Source of the DNA: an uncultured Pseudomonadales bacterium
GTDB lineage: Bacteria; Patescibacteriota; Microgenomatia; UBA1400; PJMF01
Reading direction: 5' to 3'
NCBI GenBank assembly: GCA_964648715.1
Contig: CAZYNM010000006.1
Span: 15,355-79,354 of the forward strand
Length of the DNA: 64,000 nucleotides
In this document: piece by piece, positions 47,567-58,042 of the stretch
Position numbering within the stretch: position 1 is the stretch's first letter
Layout: every line of letters starts with the position of its first letter
Notes under the pieces: generated by a model
What the model was told of the DNA's origin: nothing
The model's database searches: none
The model's input: the letters and a program-made list of their open reading frames with translations, nothing else
Program-made: the position numbers and the translations under genes

Positions 47567-48019
47567 TTGAGTTTAGTATTCAGTAAAAGGAAAAAAGTCA
47601 TGGCGTTATCACAGATAGGTATTGTTGGGGCAGCATCGGTAGCACAGTTTGTGATGGGTGCTGTTTGGTATACTCCGTTATTTGGAAAGCTGTGGGGAAA
47701 AATTCATGGTTTTGACAAACTGGATGCCAAAACTCAGCAGGCAATGATGCGCAAAATGGGCCCTTTATTTGCAGGACAGTTTGCGGTGACCGTGCTCACG
47801 TCAGTTGTCATGGTTGCCATGCAAATGCTACTTCCTACTATCTCTCTGTCGCTGCTCGTCGCACTTATATGGGTTGGTTTTGTGGTTCCTGCACAAGTGG
47901 GTGGTGTGCTCTTTGGTGGCACCAAGCCACAGTGGATGTTTGCCAAAATGCTCGTTCAAGCTGGTGGTTCACTGGCCTGCTTATATGTAGGTGCATATGT
48001 GATAACAGCTTTGAGTTAA
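47567..48019 (+). CDS. Small polytopic membrane protein (DUF-type).
   Basis: Four hydrophobic helices. 150 aa. Confidence 0.45.
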   Translation: MSLVFSKRKKVMALSQIGIVGAASVAQFVMGAVWYTPLFGKLWGKIHGFDKLDAKTQQAMMRKMGPLFAGQFAVTVLTSVVMVAMQMLLPTISLSLLVALIWVGFVVPAQVGGVLFGGTKPQWMFAKMLVQAGGSLACLYVGAYVITALS

Positions 48020-48022
48020 TGA

Positions 48023-48406
48023 TTACTTGAGCCACTGCTGCAGTTCCCAGATGTGCCCATCTGGATCGGTAAAGTATGCAGTTCGTTGTCCCCAAGGTTG
48101 GGTGGTGGGAGCTGCAATGAAAGGGACGCCTTTTGCCAGAAGTGCAGTGTAGTCTGCATCAATATCTCTGCTATCGGAAAATGAATAAACCGCTCCCCCA
48201 CTCTGTTTCAGAACCCCAGGAGGGAATAGTTTCTCAAGGTGAGAACGTCCATAAATTGCAAGGAAACAATTGACAAGACCAAACTGACAGAACTCTTCTG
48301 AAGCTACTTCACGCACAATAGGAAATCCTAAAGTGTCCGCGTAAAAACTACGCGCGTTTGAATAGTCGTCGGTGGTAAGAATAATCCAACGTACTGCATG
48401 ATCCAT
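48023..48406 (-). CDS. VOC-family (glyoxalase/bleomycin-resistance fold) protein.
   Basis: FYADTLGFPIV... fold pattern. 127 aa. Confidence 0.65.
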   Translation of the reverse strand: MDHAVRWIILTTDDYSNARSFYADTLGFPIVREVASEEFCQFGLVNCFLAIYGRSHLEKLFPPGVLKQSGGAVYSFSDSRDIDADYTALLAKGVPFIAAPTTQPWGQRTAYFTDPDGHIWELQQWLK

Positions 48407-48478
48407 AGTACTACTTTACCAAGTATTCTCCAATATAGTAGCACACGTACATACTTACGTAATCATCTAGGGAAGAAT

Positions 48479-48838
48479 TTAAGGATACCTCTGGAGCTTA
48501 TATACAAAGAAATATCCTGGGAGCACCGCTTGCACGTCAAAAGGTGCTTCACCAGTGACATTGATTCTTGAAGCTTGTTGTACAGCTTGTGTCTTTACTT
48601 CAGCTGCGTTCTTCCCAGGGTTAATGGCGTCAGCAACGGCCTGGAGCTCTGTGTTGTTTAGTGAAGAAATTTTAGCGAGGAAATCTGTTTTGTCTCCCAG
48701 CAGCTGTGCCAATTCCTCTGCAGTAATACTGAGGGCACCCCCTTGCTCATTCAAGGGTAACGTTGGCATGCGAGGAATGTCTAGCACAGGTGCTTTTATT
48801 TCTTGTGAATGTTCAATTTGAGATGCAGCTTCATTCAT
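48479..48838 (-). CDS. Hypothetical protein.
   Basis: ORF only. Confidence 0.35.
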   Translation of the reverse strand: MNEAASQIEHSQEIKAPVLDIPRMPTLPLNEQGGALSITAEELAQLLGDKTDFLAKISSLNNTELQAVADAINPGKNAAEVKTQAVQQASRINVTGEAPFDVQAVLPGYFFVYKLQRYP

Positions 48839-49233
48839 ATAAAGTCCTTTATATTTTTCACTGTAGCAGACGTGGTGCTCTAAGTAAAACAGGAAATTGT
48901 GTCTAGAAATAACAGAACTATGTAAATTTGCAGTATTTTTCTTACTACCATACTCTACGCTGTCACCGACAGGTTTCTGTTGAGTAAAGTGGGATGAGTG
49001 ATCTGGGTGTGATTAAAGAAAACCAAGGTGAGTACGATGTTATTCATTTTGTGTATGCACAAGAGGATGTGACGGGTGTTCCAAAGCTTTGTGAGCCTGA
49101 GAAGTGTGAGCGTTGGGAGTGGCTGAGTCCTGGTGAGATTGATGAGCGAATGGTACGCGGGCACTTGCTTGCTCTTGAGATGCATCACGAAGGGAAAAGT
49201 TGTATTGATTGGGTGGGTGTTGAAAAATGATCG

Positions 49234-51153
49234 TTATTCCACCATCTGCATTGACCAAAACTTGTCATAGAGATTGCCTGGTTCTGCAATCAGGTTAGCG
49301 TGTGTCCCCTGCTGGACAATTTTGCCGGCATCGATCACGTATATATAGTCTGCTTTGCGAGCAACACTCATCCGGTGAGTAATAAAAAGTATGCCTGCAT
49401 TCTCTTTGTACTTTTGGAGCTGCTTGAGAACTAAGAACTCTTTTTCTGCATCCAACTGACTACTGCCTTCGTCAAAAATAAGGAACGGTCGGCGCTGAAT
49501 AAGTGAACGTGCCAAGGCGAGCAACTGCCGTTGACCTCCAGAAAACGAGGTATCTTCATCTACTACTGTTTCCAGTTTTTTAGGAAGCTCTGCAATCAGT
49601 TTCTCCAATTCCAGATCGTGCAGTACTTCTTTCATTCTTTGTTCGGCATCTTTGATATGTTCTGAACCCATCAGTAAGTTTGCTGCAAGTGATTGGCGTT
49701 CCATGATGAATGGTTGTTGCGTGAGCCAGCTAAAGAGTTGAATAACTTGATCTGGCTTATATTCATATATTGGTGTGCCATCAAGCAGCACTGAGCCAGC
49801 TGTAGGCTCGTAGTGATGCTGAAGCAAGTGAGTGATTGTAGTCTTTCCGGAACCGTTTCTACCCACGAGCGCCACAATTTTTCCTTTTTCTAAGGAAAGA
49901 GATACATCTTTGAGGACTTCTTGTGGCTTGGAAGTATCTTGAAGTACTGCTTGGATCTCGGCCATTTCGCGGCTGCGATTGCCATTATTTTCTTGAATGA
50001 ATTTCTTAATTCGATTGGTTAAGAACTCTAAATATGCACGTTCATCTTCAGTGTGACTTGGGTATGAAAAGTAAACGTTTTGTAACGTAACTGCAGAAAT
50101 TGAATCTGGAAGTGCCACGGGATTTTCAACTGATTTAATACGTGACTGCATTGAAAAGTAAAACCCCAATTTAGTAAATGAAAAATCTATATCTTCCCAA
50201 TCTGAGATAGAGCTAATAATGCTAGTAAAGAAGTTATTGATCTGCTGAGTATAGGAAACTACCAGCATGAAAGTACCAATACTTATCTGTCCTTGCATGA
50301 CTTGATAGCCAATGAAGATGTTGGTAATCAGTAGCAAGCTGTTATCAAGCACCCATCTGATCCCAATCAGCTGCGTTCGTGCAGCATCACGCTCCAGTGA
50401 TGCTGTGTCAGATTCATCTTTAATTTTTTCATACTTATCAATCAGTAAGTCAACATTTCCCATCATTCTAATTTCATAGAACTGTTCCATTAATAAATCT
50501 TGAATCCTGTATAACTTGTCATTTATTCTTGACTCAGTAATACTGTACTCTTCACTTTGTGATCTGAGGTACTTTGAAATAATCATCTGGCCGATTGCCA
50601 CAACTAAAATTAATACTAAAAGCTTCCAGCTGACTAATGCCAGAAGTGGAAGAATTGCCAAGAAATTTACTACATTTGAAAAGCGTTCAGTTACAAATCG
50701 AAATGCTGCAACTACCGTGTCGGAAGCATACAAAGCATCGGAAAACATTTTCTTGTTCCGTTTACTTTGAAAGAATCCTGCATCAAGCACAGTAAGTTTC
50801 CCCCAAATTAGCTTTTGGGTTGTTATGCTTATTTTTGTACGAAGTTGTGTCAAGAATTTATACTCAAAAAGAGAGAGTGCATGGCTTGTAATGAACTGTA
50901 GTCCCAATGGGATTATCAGCAAAATGATAAAAAGCACCAGAGGATTGGCGTGCACAAAATAAAGAACGGATTGCTGTTTTTCAAGTTGGTCTACCTGCAG
51001 TTTAAGAAAAAACGGAATAACCGCAGCAAGCATCGCTCCGATGGTGCTGACGACAAAGTAGCCCACTAAGTACGATTTGTGTTGCTGAAGAATGGAAAGA
51101 ATGAAGCGGAGCTTGTCTCTGAACGTTTTCAACGATACGTTGCTTGAGTTCAT
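49234..51153 (-). CDS. ABC exporter with fused permease and ATPase.
   Basis: Six-TM ABC_membrane domain. Walker A LVGRNGSGKTT, signature FSGGQRQLLALARSL, Walker B LIFDEGSS. Confidence 0.85.
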   Translation of the reverse strand: MNSSNVSLKTFRDKLRFILSILQQHKSYLVGYFVVSTIGAMLAAVIPFFLKLQVDQLEKQQSVLYFVHANPLVLFIILLIIPLGLQFITSHALSLFEYKFLTQLRTKISITTQKLIWGKLTVLDAGFFQSKRNKKMFSDALYASDTVVAAFRFVTERFSNVVNFLAILPLLALVSWKLLVLILVVAIGQMIISKYLRSQSEEYSITESRINDKLYRIQDLLMEQFYEIRMMGNVDLLIDKYEKIKDESDTASLERDAARTQLIGIRWVLDNSLLLITNIFIGYQVMQGQISIGTFMLVVSYTQQINNFFTSIISSISDWEDIDFSFTKLGFYFSMQSRIKSVENPVALPDSISAVTLQNVYFSYPSHTEDERAYLEFLTNRIKKFIQENNGNRSREMAEIQAVLQDTSKPQEVLKDVSLSLEKGKIVALVGRNGSGKTTITHLLQHHYEPTAGSVLLDGTPIYEYKPDQVIQLFSWLTQQPFIMERQSLAANLLMGSEHIKDAEQRMKEVLHDLELEKLIAELPKKLETVVDEDTSFSGGQRQLLALARSLIQRRPFLIFDEGSSQLDAEKEFLVLKQLQKYKENAGILFITHRMSVARKADYIYVIDAGKIVQQGTHANLIAEPGNLYDKFWSMQMVE

Positions 51154-51341
51154 AGCTTGTATTATACATCAGCGTTAAAAAACTCTCTCAAGAGAGCAAT
51201 GGCAGAGTCTGAATAGTCTGTGATGAGTGTGGTGAGTTCTTGTGCGCTGATGCCGTAGTCACCAAACCACTTGCGGTCTAGGGCGACGGCAGTGGGGATG
51301 ATGTGCGTGGTAAGTGGAGTCGGGTGGGGCATGAAACTAGA

Positions 51342-52595
51342 TTAAACTTTGTTTAAAATACCTTCCATTTTCTTCAATCCACTTAAGATAAAATGAAAGC
51401 GATTAGCAAAATAAAGATTTAAATAGTATTCAGCAATTTTTACAGGATACAAAGTACTTACTTTTTCAGAACTATATTTGCCTGTTATTACACTGATTCT
51501 TTCTTGACCATGTACGATCCTGTTCCTAAATCGATACAAGTCTTCGATGATTTTCTCAATACTATTTGCTTGCAAACTATCTTTTGCAATTTGATTAGAA
51601 ATTAGCACAGCCTTATTCTCTTTGGTGTCTGTCTCTCCTTTTAAGGGTGACAGTGCGTCAAAAGCAGTGGTCAAAAATACAGCCTTTGTATGAATTTGCT
51701 CGGATTTACTTGCTTCATAAAGCCAGTAGCTCGCACTCAAAATGCTTGCTTGTTGTTCTTGAGCTCGAGCTAATGTTTTTTTACTACGAGTTAGTTTTTT
51801 AAGTAGAATCATTATGCCATTATTTATTTCTTCTAAGTAGCTGATATTTTGTTTAGTTAAATTAAACTTAAGCTTATTAAGCAATATGTTGTCCTCCTGT
51901 GATTTATTAAATTGTTTAATTTCATCAGTATCTTGAAAAGCAAAACAATTAAATATCTGATTTGAAAAATGTGATGGGTCACTAGTTATAATAAGAATCT
52001 TCATTGCTAAATAAATACCAAGCACGCATTTATAAATATATAGAGGATCAGTAATATTTAAATTAATTACATCACCAAATTCTCCAATATAACCACTCCC
52101 AGATATTTTTAAAATAATGTCACCAGGCTTAAATATGTTTGTATGTTTTCTTTTAATTAGGGTGGTTAGATACTCATCTCTTGAGTTATCTGGAAAGTAT
52201 TTGTTTATCCATGCTTCATCTATAGTAAATATTTCTATATTCCAAGCTAGTTTGGCAGTAAGTTTAATAGGGGATTCAGGCAATAAAAAAAGAAAATCAT
52301 AGCTGAGTGGCAGAGTATTTAAAAACTTATCAATTTCATTTGTGATTTCTTCAAGATTGAGTTTAGTTACTTCAGCCATTTTCCTACTACCAGAATACAA
52401 ATGAGACGGCAGACCTAATATACACTTAAAACATTTTCCCGTTATATAAGAAAAAATAGTTTTCTCATCAACTCCATTTTTGTATTTAGATGCTAGTTCT
52501 TGAACTAACTTATCATCTAAACTATTCATTTCAGGAATTCCATTTGTAAAGACAAAATTTGATATAAGGTTTTTAATAATGCTAGTGTTAGACAT
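51342..52595 (-). CDS. Orphan 417-aa protein in a very AT-rich island. C-terminal HEPN-like motif (LYRFRNRIVHGQE, Rx4HG). Candidate defence/abortive-infection-type gene.
   Basis: Local GC near 30%, against ~50% flanks. Rx4H motif followed by G near the C-terminus. No other recognisable domain. Confidence 0.45.
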   Translation of the reverse strand: MSNTSIIKNLISNFVFTNGIPEMNSLDDKLVQELASKYKNGVDEKTIFSYITGKCFKCILGLPSHLYSGSRKMAEVTKLNLEEITNEIDKFLNTLPLSYDFLFLLPESPIKLTAKLAWNIEIFTIDEAWINKYFPDNSRDEYLTTLIKRKHTNIFKPGDIILKISGSGYIGEFGDVINLNITDPLYIYKCVLGIYLAMKILIITSDPSHFSNQIFNCFAFQDTDEIKQFNKSQEDNILLNKLKFNLTKQNISYLEEINNGIMILLKKLTRSKKTLARAQEQQASILSASYWLYEASKSEQIHTKAVFLTTAFDALSPLKGETDTKENKAVLISNQIAKDSLQANSIEKIIEDLYRFRNRIVHGQERISVITGKYSSEKVSTLYPVKIAEYYLNLYFANRFHFILSGLKKMEGILNKV

Positions 52596-52614
52596 ACATA
52601 AAATTATTTTGAAA

Positions 52615-55458
52615 TCAACTTAATTTTAACTCACTCCCTTGCTCCAACTTACTATTCGTCTTCTGCTCCACCCACTGCTGCCACTCAGCACTCGGCATGG
52701 TTGGCACACTCACAGTGGCCGTGTCACTCAGTGACATGCCCGCTGCTTTGCGTAGGTTTTGAATGCTGCGGACGAGTTCGCGCGCCGTGCCTTCTTCCTT
52801 CAGCTCAGGGGTCAAGTTGGTGTCCAGCGTGACAGTAGTTTCACTGCCCTTTTCCCAGACCACTGCTTTGACGTTGACTTCAGAAAGCAAGACTTCCAGT
52901 ACCGCATCACTTGGTTTTTCATACTGTGACTTCACCGTTACAGTGGCCAGTGGCTGGCGGACTTTGACACCACTCTCTTGTCGTTGTGCCAGGGTTTTCT
53001 CCACTACTTCACGTACCACGGTCATACTCTCTTCTAGTTTTGCATCAGTATTTTTTGCCAAGTCTGCTGGCCAGTCAGTATGATGAATACTCGTACTTTC
53101 ATCCACTAACGTCTGCCAGACAAAATCACTAAAGAACGGTGTGAACGGTGCAGCCAATTGTGCCAAACGCACCAGCACCACGCCATAGAGATGCAGTGAG
53201 TCAGCTTTGCCTGCTCCATCGCGCATCTGGTCTCGTGAGCGGCGGACGTACCAGTTGGACAGATCAGAGATAAAGCCCATGATGGCACGAGAAGCCCGCA
53301 CCACATCATAGTTATCCATGGCGGTGGTGACTTCACCAGTCAGTGTGCCCAAACGGCTCCAGATCCAGCGATCCATCTCAGTGGCAGGTGTGGGCTCACG
53401 ATTCAGGTCAACTGCCAGTTCACCAGCATTGAGTTTGTAGAACGAAATACAGTTCCACCAGATCACAAAGATTTTTTTCCTGATTTCATTGACTTCTGTT
53501 TCAGAAAAGTTGAGGTTTTCGCCACGCATCACTGGTGAGCTCATCAAGTACAAGCGCAAACTATCGCTGCCGATTTCGTTGATGATCTTCATCGGATCAG
53601 GATAGTTTTTCTTGGACTTAGACATTTTATTGCCATCTTCCGCGAGCACTGTTCCAGTCGTGAGCGTGTTTTCTACCGCCAGCTTGCCAAAGACACCCAC
53701 AGACATGACGTGCATGGTGTAGAACCAAGCGCGGGTCTGGGCGATGTACTCAGAGACAAACTGTGCAGGATAGGTGGACTCAAACAACTCTTTGTTTTCA
53801 AATGGATAGTGCTTGGAGGCAAATGGCATTGAGCCAGACTCCACCCAACAGTCAAAGACTTCTTTGGTGCGGCGGCCTTTGATGGTGCGCTCGTCGTCTA
53901 CCCAGACTTCGATATGATCCAAGAATTCACGGTGAATGTCGGTCAGGCCTTCTACTTGGGATGGATCAACTGCCCATTTTTTGAACTCTTCAATACTGCC
54001 AACGATGCGGCGTTTCTTGGCAGGTTTGCCTTTTTCGTCCACTGCCTCGGCTTCCCAGATTGGCATTGGCGTGCCCCAGTAGCGTGAGCGGGAGATGTTC
54101 CAGTCTGGAGCGGTTTCCAGCCCTTTGCCAAAACGGCCATGTTTGAGATGTTCTGGGTACCAGTTCATGAACTCATTTTGGGCGATTAATTGTGACTTTA
54201 GTTTTTGCACATCGATAAACCAAGCTGGCAGCGGTGCATAGTACAAGCGGGTACTACAGCGGTAACACTCAGCCACACTGTGGGTGTGCGGATCTTCTCG
54301 GTACATCAGTCCGCGCTCTGCTAAATCTGTATTGATCAGTGGATTGGCTTTGAGGATAAACATGCCAGCCCAAGGCGTCACTTCTGCTTTCAGCTTGCCT
54401 TCTTCATCCACATGTTCCACCATCTGGATGTTCTGCTCTTGCATGACTTTAAAGTCTTCTTCGCCGTAAACAGCCAGAGTGACAACGCCAGTGCCTTCTT
54501 CTGCAGTGACGAATGGATCGGCCACGATCACGCCTGCGCGCTTGCCTTCACGATCTGGGTAAAAGTCGTAGTGTAGTTCAAACTCAAACTGCTCCAGCTC
54601 ACTGCCTTGGTAGGTAGCCACAACTTCGTATGGCGCGTCGGTGAGCATCTTTAAAGCAGTTTCAGCCAAGATATAAAACTCATTATTTTGTTTGACTTTG
54701 ACGTAGGTCAGTTCTGGATTTACAGCGAGAGCTGGGGTGGCTAGTTTGTTCCAAGGTGTGGTGGACCAAGCTAGGATGAAGGTGGGCTCGTTGGCGGGCG
54801 CATTCTTGATTTTATATTTATAGGTATTGGAAGGTTCTGTCACTTCGCGGTAACTGTTGTCCATCGCAATCTCAAAGTTGGAAAGCGGTGTGGCACAGCG
54901 TGGACAGTACAAAATCACTTTGCGGCCTTCATAGACCAAACCTTTTTCCCAGAGTTGTTGGAAACCCCACCAGACACTTTCCATGAAGGTAGTGTCCATG
55001 GTTTTGTAGTTGTGTTCAAAGTCTGCCCAACGACCAAGGCGGCCGATGATCTTTTCCCACTCTTTGTCCAAGCGCAGTACTTCTGCACGGCAAGCGGCGT
55101 TGAACGTATCGATGCCCAGGGCTTCAATACCTTTTTTGCCTCCTTTTATATCAAGTTGTTTCTCGATCATGTTTTCGATTGGTAAACCGTGACAGTCCCA
55201 TCCCCAAATTCTTTCAACGCGGTAGCCTTTCATCGTCCAGTACCGTGGAATGACATCTTTACTAGTAGAACCCAGCAAGTGGCCATAGTGTGGCATACCT
55301 GTCGCAAAGGGAGGCCCATCGTAGAACACATACTGTTTGTCGGCAGGGCGCATCTCCACTGATTTTTCAAAAGCTTTGGTGTCTATCCAGAACTGCAAGA
55401 CTTCCTCTTCCACTGCGGGGAGGTTGACTGATTTTGGTAATGCTTTAACTTTGTTCAT
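52615..55458 (-). CDS. ileS: Isoleucine-tRNA ligase, type 2 (archaeal/eukaryote-like).
   Basis: FYDGPPFATGMPHYGHLL (HIGH region of type-2 IleRS) and a KMSKS motif. CP1 editing and anticodon-binding regions. 947 aa. Confidence 0.8.
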   Translation of the reverse strand: MNKVKALPKSVNLPAVEEEVLQFWIDTKAFEKSVEMRPADKQYVFYDGPPFATGMPHYGHLLGSTSKDVIPRYWTMKGYRVERIWGWDCHGLPIENMIEKQLDIKGGKKGIEALGIDTFNAACRAEVLRLDKEWEKIIGRLGRWADFEHNYKTMDTTFMESVWWGFQQLWEKGLVYEGRKVILYCPRCATPLSNFEIAMDNSYREVTEPSNTYKYKIKNAPANEPTFILAWSTTPWNKLATPALAVNPELTYVKVKQNNEFYILAETALKMLTDAPYEVVATYQGSELEQFEFELHYDFYPDREGKRAGVIVADPFVTAEEGTGVVTLAVYGEEDFKVMQEQNIQMVEHVDEEGKLKAEVTPWAGMFILKANPLINTDLAERGLMYREDPHTHSVAECYRCSTRLYYAPLPAWFIDVQKLKSQLIAQNEFMNWYPEHLKHGRFGKGLETAPDWNISRSRYWGTPMPIWEAEAVDEKGKPAKKRRIVGSIEEFKKWAVDPSQVEGLTDIHREFLDHIEVWVDDERTIKGRRTKEVFDCWVESGSMPFASKHYPFENKELFESTYPAQFVSEYIAQTRAWFYTMHVMSVGVFGKLAVENTLTTGTVLAEDGNKMSKSKKNYPDPMKIINEIGSDSLRLYLMSSPVMRGENLNFSETEVNEIRKKIFVIWWNCISFYKLNAGELAVDLNREPTPATEMDRWIWSRLGTLTGEVTTAMDNYDVVRASRAIMGFISDLSNWYVRRSRDQMRDGAGKADSLHLYGVVLVRLAQLAAPFTPFFSDFVWQTLVDESTSIHHTDWPADLAKNTDAKLEESMTVVREVVEKTLAQRQESGVKVRQPLATVTVKSQYEKPSDAVLEVLLSEVNVKAVVWEKGSETTVTLDTNLTPELKEEGTARELVRSIQNLRKAAGMSLSDTATVSVPTMPSAEWQQWVEQKTNSKLEQGSELKLS

Positions 55459-55464
55459 AGTTTC

Positions 55465-55680
55465 CTTTAGTTTTTTTGAGGTACTAAAAAACCCTCATTC
55501 AACCACGAAAATCGTGATCAAATGAGGGTTCTCTACAAACGGTACCACCTCTGTATTTACTTAATTCCTGCTGTTACGGGCTTACCCGGTACGGTCTACT
55601 TTAGTTCTTCGTACAGCGTGCAGATACTGCGTCCCAGTGATAGCTAAGACATCGCTCTATGGAGTATTCTCTCGTACTCT
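55465..55680 (-). promoter_or_regulatory. T-box riboswitch leader upstream of ileS, including a terminator/antiterminator.
   Basis: On the minus strand: an AGAGA-type stem-I box; a T-box sequence AAATACAGAGGTGGTACCG (core GGTGGNACCG); then a terminator hairpin AACCCTCATT...AATGAGGGTT followed by TTTTTT, ~35 nt before the ileS ATG. Confidence 0.6.
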
Positions 55681-56523
55681 GGGGTGTCTGTCAATCAAGA
55701 GCGGAGCTTGGGTTTTTTTTTCATTATCTTTGGTTAAGTCATAGTAGGTTAACTCTTCGGGATCCATCCATATTTGCGAGGGATTATCTGGATATGGCGC
55801 GTCAGCACGACTGAGGACGAATAGTTGCGCATTCCTCCGTTCAATCTTGTGGGAAAGAATAAATGGTATTTTAAGATTCTGCATATTGGCAGCATCAAAC
55901 CATTCTTGGGGTGAGCGAGGAAAAGTCTGGACACCCATAGACAATCGTCCTCTCACTGTGTGCCACAACTTTGCCAGCTTGCCAGGAGTTTCTACCACAG
56001 ACATGAGCGCTACACCATCAGGTGCTAGCACTGTGGACAGTCCAGCAAAAAATGACGCGAGTGTCTCTTCATCCATGAACTCGGTAACAAAGTCAAGAAC
56101 AATGAATTTAATACTCCCTGGTTTAAAGATGATTTCTCCCTGCTCATTGGTAGCAGTAGCAATATCTCTGAGATTGATCTGGTGAAAGCGACCTGCTTCT
56201 GACTCATTTAAAATCTTGATAGGTGCTACATTAAAGTCCACGTACACACACTGTTCTTGTGGCAAGTTATTCTGGGCAGCAAGGTCATGAAAGCTGTCAA
56301 TATTGCGTCTGTTGGGGAAAAACCCACCAAGTACACAAACACTGTCTGGTGTTACTTGCGTAAACTCAGGATGTGCGGCGCGTACCAGCTTATCCGTTAC
56401 AAAGCGGTACACAAGAGCATTTTGTGCAAAAAGATGCATATCTGCATCTTTTACTTCATAGTACTTCCGTGATCCCTCAATGATATGCTGAGTTGCTGGG
56501 ACTTGTGCCGAGTTTTCGTGCAT
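55657..56523 (-). CDS. Hypothetical protein, possibly with a class-I methyltransferase-like fold.
   Basis: ORF. Weak resemblance to SAM-MTase topology (VCVLGGFF...VLDFV). Confidence 0.35.
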   Translation of the reverse strand: MHENSAQVPATQHIIEGSRKYYEVKDADMHLFAQNALVYRFVTDKLVRAAHPEFTQVTPDSVCVLGGFFPNRRNIDSFHDLAAQNNLPQEQCVYVDFNVAPIKILNESEAGRFHQINLRDIATATNEQGEIIFKPGSIKFIVLDFVTEFMDEETLASFFAGLSTVLAPDGVALMSVVETPGKLAKLWHTVRGRLSMGVQTFPRSPQEWFDAANMQNLKIPFILSHKIERRNAQLFVLSRADAPYPDNPSQIWMDPEELTYYDLTKDNEKKTQAPLLIDRHPRVRENTP

Positions 56524-56653
56524 AGAAAAAGATATACCCAGTGTAGCATGAAAATGAAGTGAAAGGTGTGAAACTCTCGGCCGTGGTTGCCCATGACCGA
56601 GAGCGAATTCACAAGGTACTACTTACAAAAACTAAAATGCTGTTCTGTGCCGC

Positions 56654-58042
56654 TTAGCGCTCAATGAGAGGGATCATGACCCGGTTGCCCCACACATCAA
56701 TCAGAATGCTCACATACGTGAATGCTTCGGGGTTGAGGCTCAAAAAGGCACGCATTGGGAAGACACCGGCCTGATTGGGGATGAGGTGTAGGCGGAATTG
56801 ATGGTAGCCCTTGTCTAGGATGCACAATGTTCTTGTGTCATCCCAGTCAAAGCAGATGTTCTCTTGCTGAGGCGTAAGCACGTGCTTTCCATCGGAAACG
56901 AGGACCGCGCGTTTTTCACCTGTCGGGTGGCTGAAAAAGCCCACCTGGCCACAATCGCCAAATGCTGACATGTCAACCCACAGCATTGTGTCCACAACGG
57001 CCGGGAAGCTGTGTGCTAAGCTCATGGAGCAGATGGGGATGATGGGGTCGTCGCCGGGCGTGCCATCATTGGGATCCAAGAAGTCGGGGACGCCGTCATT
57101 GTCGGTGTCCTGGCATGGGAGTGATGGGCATTCAGTCGCATCGGGTTTACCATCGCCGTCGCTGTCCAGGTCGTTGCTATTAGGCGCGCCGTCACCATCA
57201 GTGTCGGTATTCCCTTCATATTGATCAGGAATGCCGTCGCCGTCGGTATCGTCAATGGGCCAGACTGTACTAATGGCGCCGCTGACTTGGCTACCCATGT
57301 ACAGGTAATCTTGGCGATCCTGTGTCGTTGAATCCAGCGTGGAGACGACAATTTTGATCTTATCCACGCCAGGCTTCAAGCCCTGGATATCCCAGGACTT
57401 GAGATCAAGCGTCTGCGTATACTCAACACTTGCTGGTCGTACGATATCAACGCGCGGTGTTGGTTCGTTGTTGACGAAGACGCGGTAGCTAATCGGCGCA
57501 GGTGAGGCCGTGTTGTATGCGCCAAACCAGCAGCCCTTCACTTCCGCGCCAATGACAAAAAACTCTTCTTCGTACTGCTCTACTCGGCTTTTGAAGGCGG
57601 GATCGCCCAAGGCAACTGGGTGAAACCGCGTAGCGGCGCCACTTGTTGTCCACAGCATCCACAAACTGTCGGGGCCGGTGCTGGTGCTGACGGCAATTTG
57701 TTTGGTGCCACTGATTTGCGGCGCAGACCAAACATTCGCGGTTGCATACGCAGTTTTGGTGATGCTTTGGCCGTTAATGACGATAGTCATATCATCATCT
57801 CCAGCCAAGATCGCCCCTGCATCCTTGGCGCTTTGTGCAATCTGCATCGTAAACTGCTGGTCATCGTCGTAATTCGATGGCAGCACGGCTCCCTTAACAG
57901 CAGCGTTGGCTGTCGCGCAGTCACGCACCGCCAATGGCGGCACTTCAACGAGCGGATCAGCATGCGCAATAGTTGAGAAAAACGCTATGCCGCAGAAGAT
58001 AGCGATCATAGCCAGAACAGTGAGTCTTTTTGTGTGACTCAT
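56654..58042 (-). CDS. Secreted calcium-binding protein with thrombospondin-type-3-like Asp-rich repeats.
   Basis: Signal peptide from MSHTKR... Repeats DTDGDGIPD / DTDGDGAPN / DSDGDGKPD / DTDNDGVPD. Confidence 0.6.
   Translation of the reverse strand: MSHTKRLTVLAMIAIFCGIAFFSTIAHADPLVEVPPLAVRDCATANAAVKGAVLPSNYDDDQQFTMQIAQSAKDAGAILAGDDDMTIVINGQSITKTAYATANVWSAPQISGTKQIAVSTSTGPDSLWMLWTTSGAATRFHPVALGDPAFKSRVEQYEEEFFVIGAEVKGCWFGAYNTASPAPISYRVFVNNEPTPRVDIVRPASVEYTQTLDLKSWDIQGLKPGVDKIKIVVSTLDSTTQDRQDYLYMGSQVSGAISTVWPIDDTDGDGIPDQYEGNTDTDGDGAPNSNDLDSDGDGKPDATECPSLPCQDTDNDGVPDFLDPNDGTPGDDPIIPICSMSLAHSFPAVVDTMLWVDMSAFGDCGQVGFFSHPTGEKRAVLVSDGKHVLTPQQENICFDWDDTRTLCILDKGYHQFRLHLIPNQAGVFPMRAFLSLNPEAFTYVSILIDVWGNRVMIPLIER

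Noticed and set aside
48994-49230. 78-aa ORF with weak NUDIX-like C-terminal flavour. Possible gene remnant.
   Set aside because: No complete NUDIX box was identified and no convincing start. It may be a pseudogene fragment, but the evidence is insufficient to annotate.
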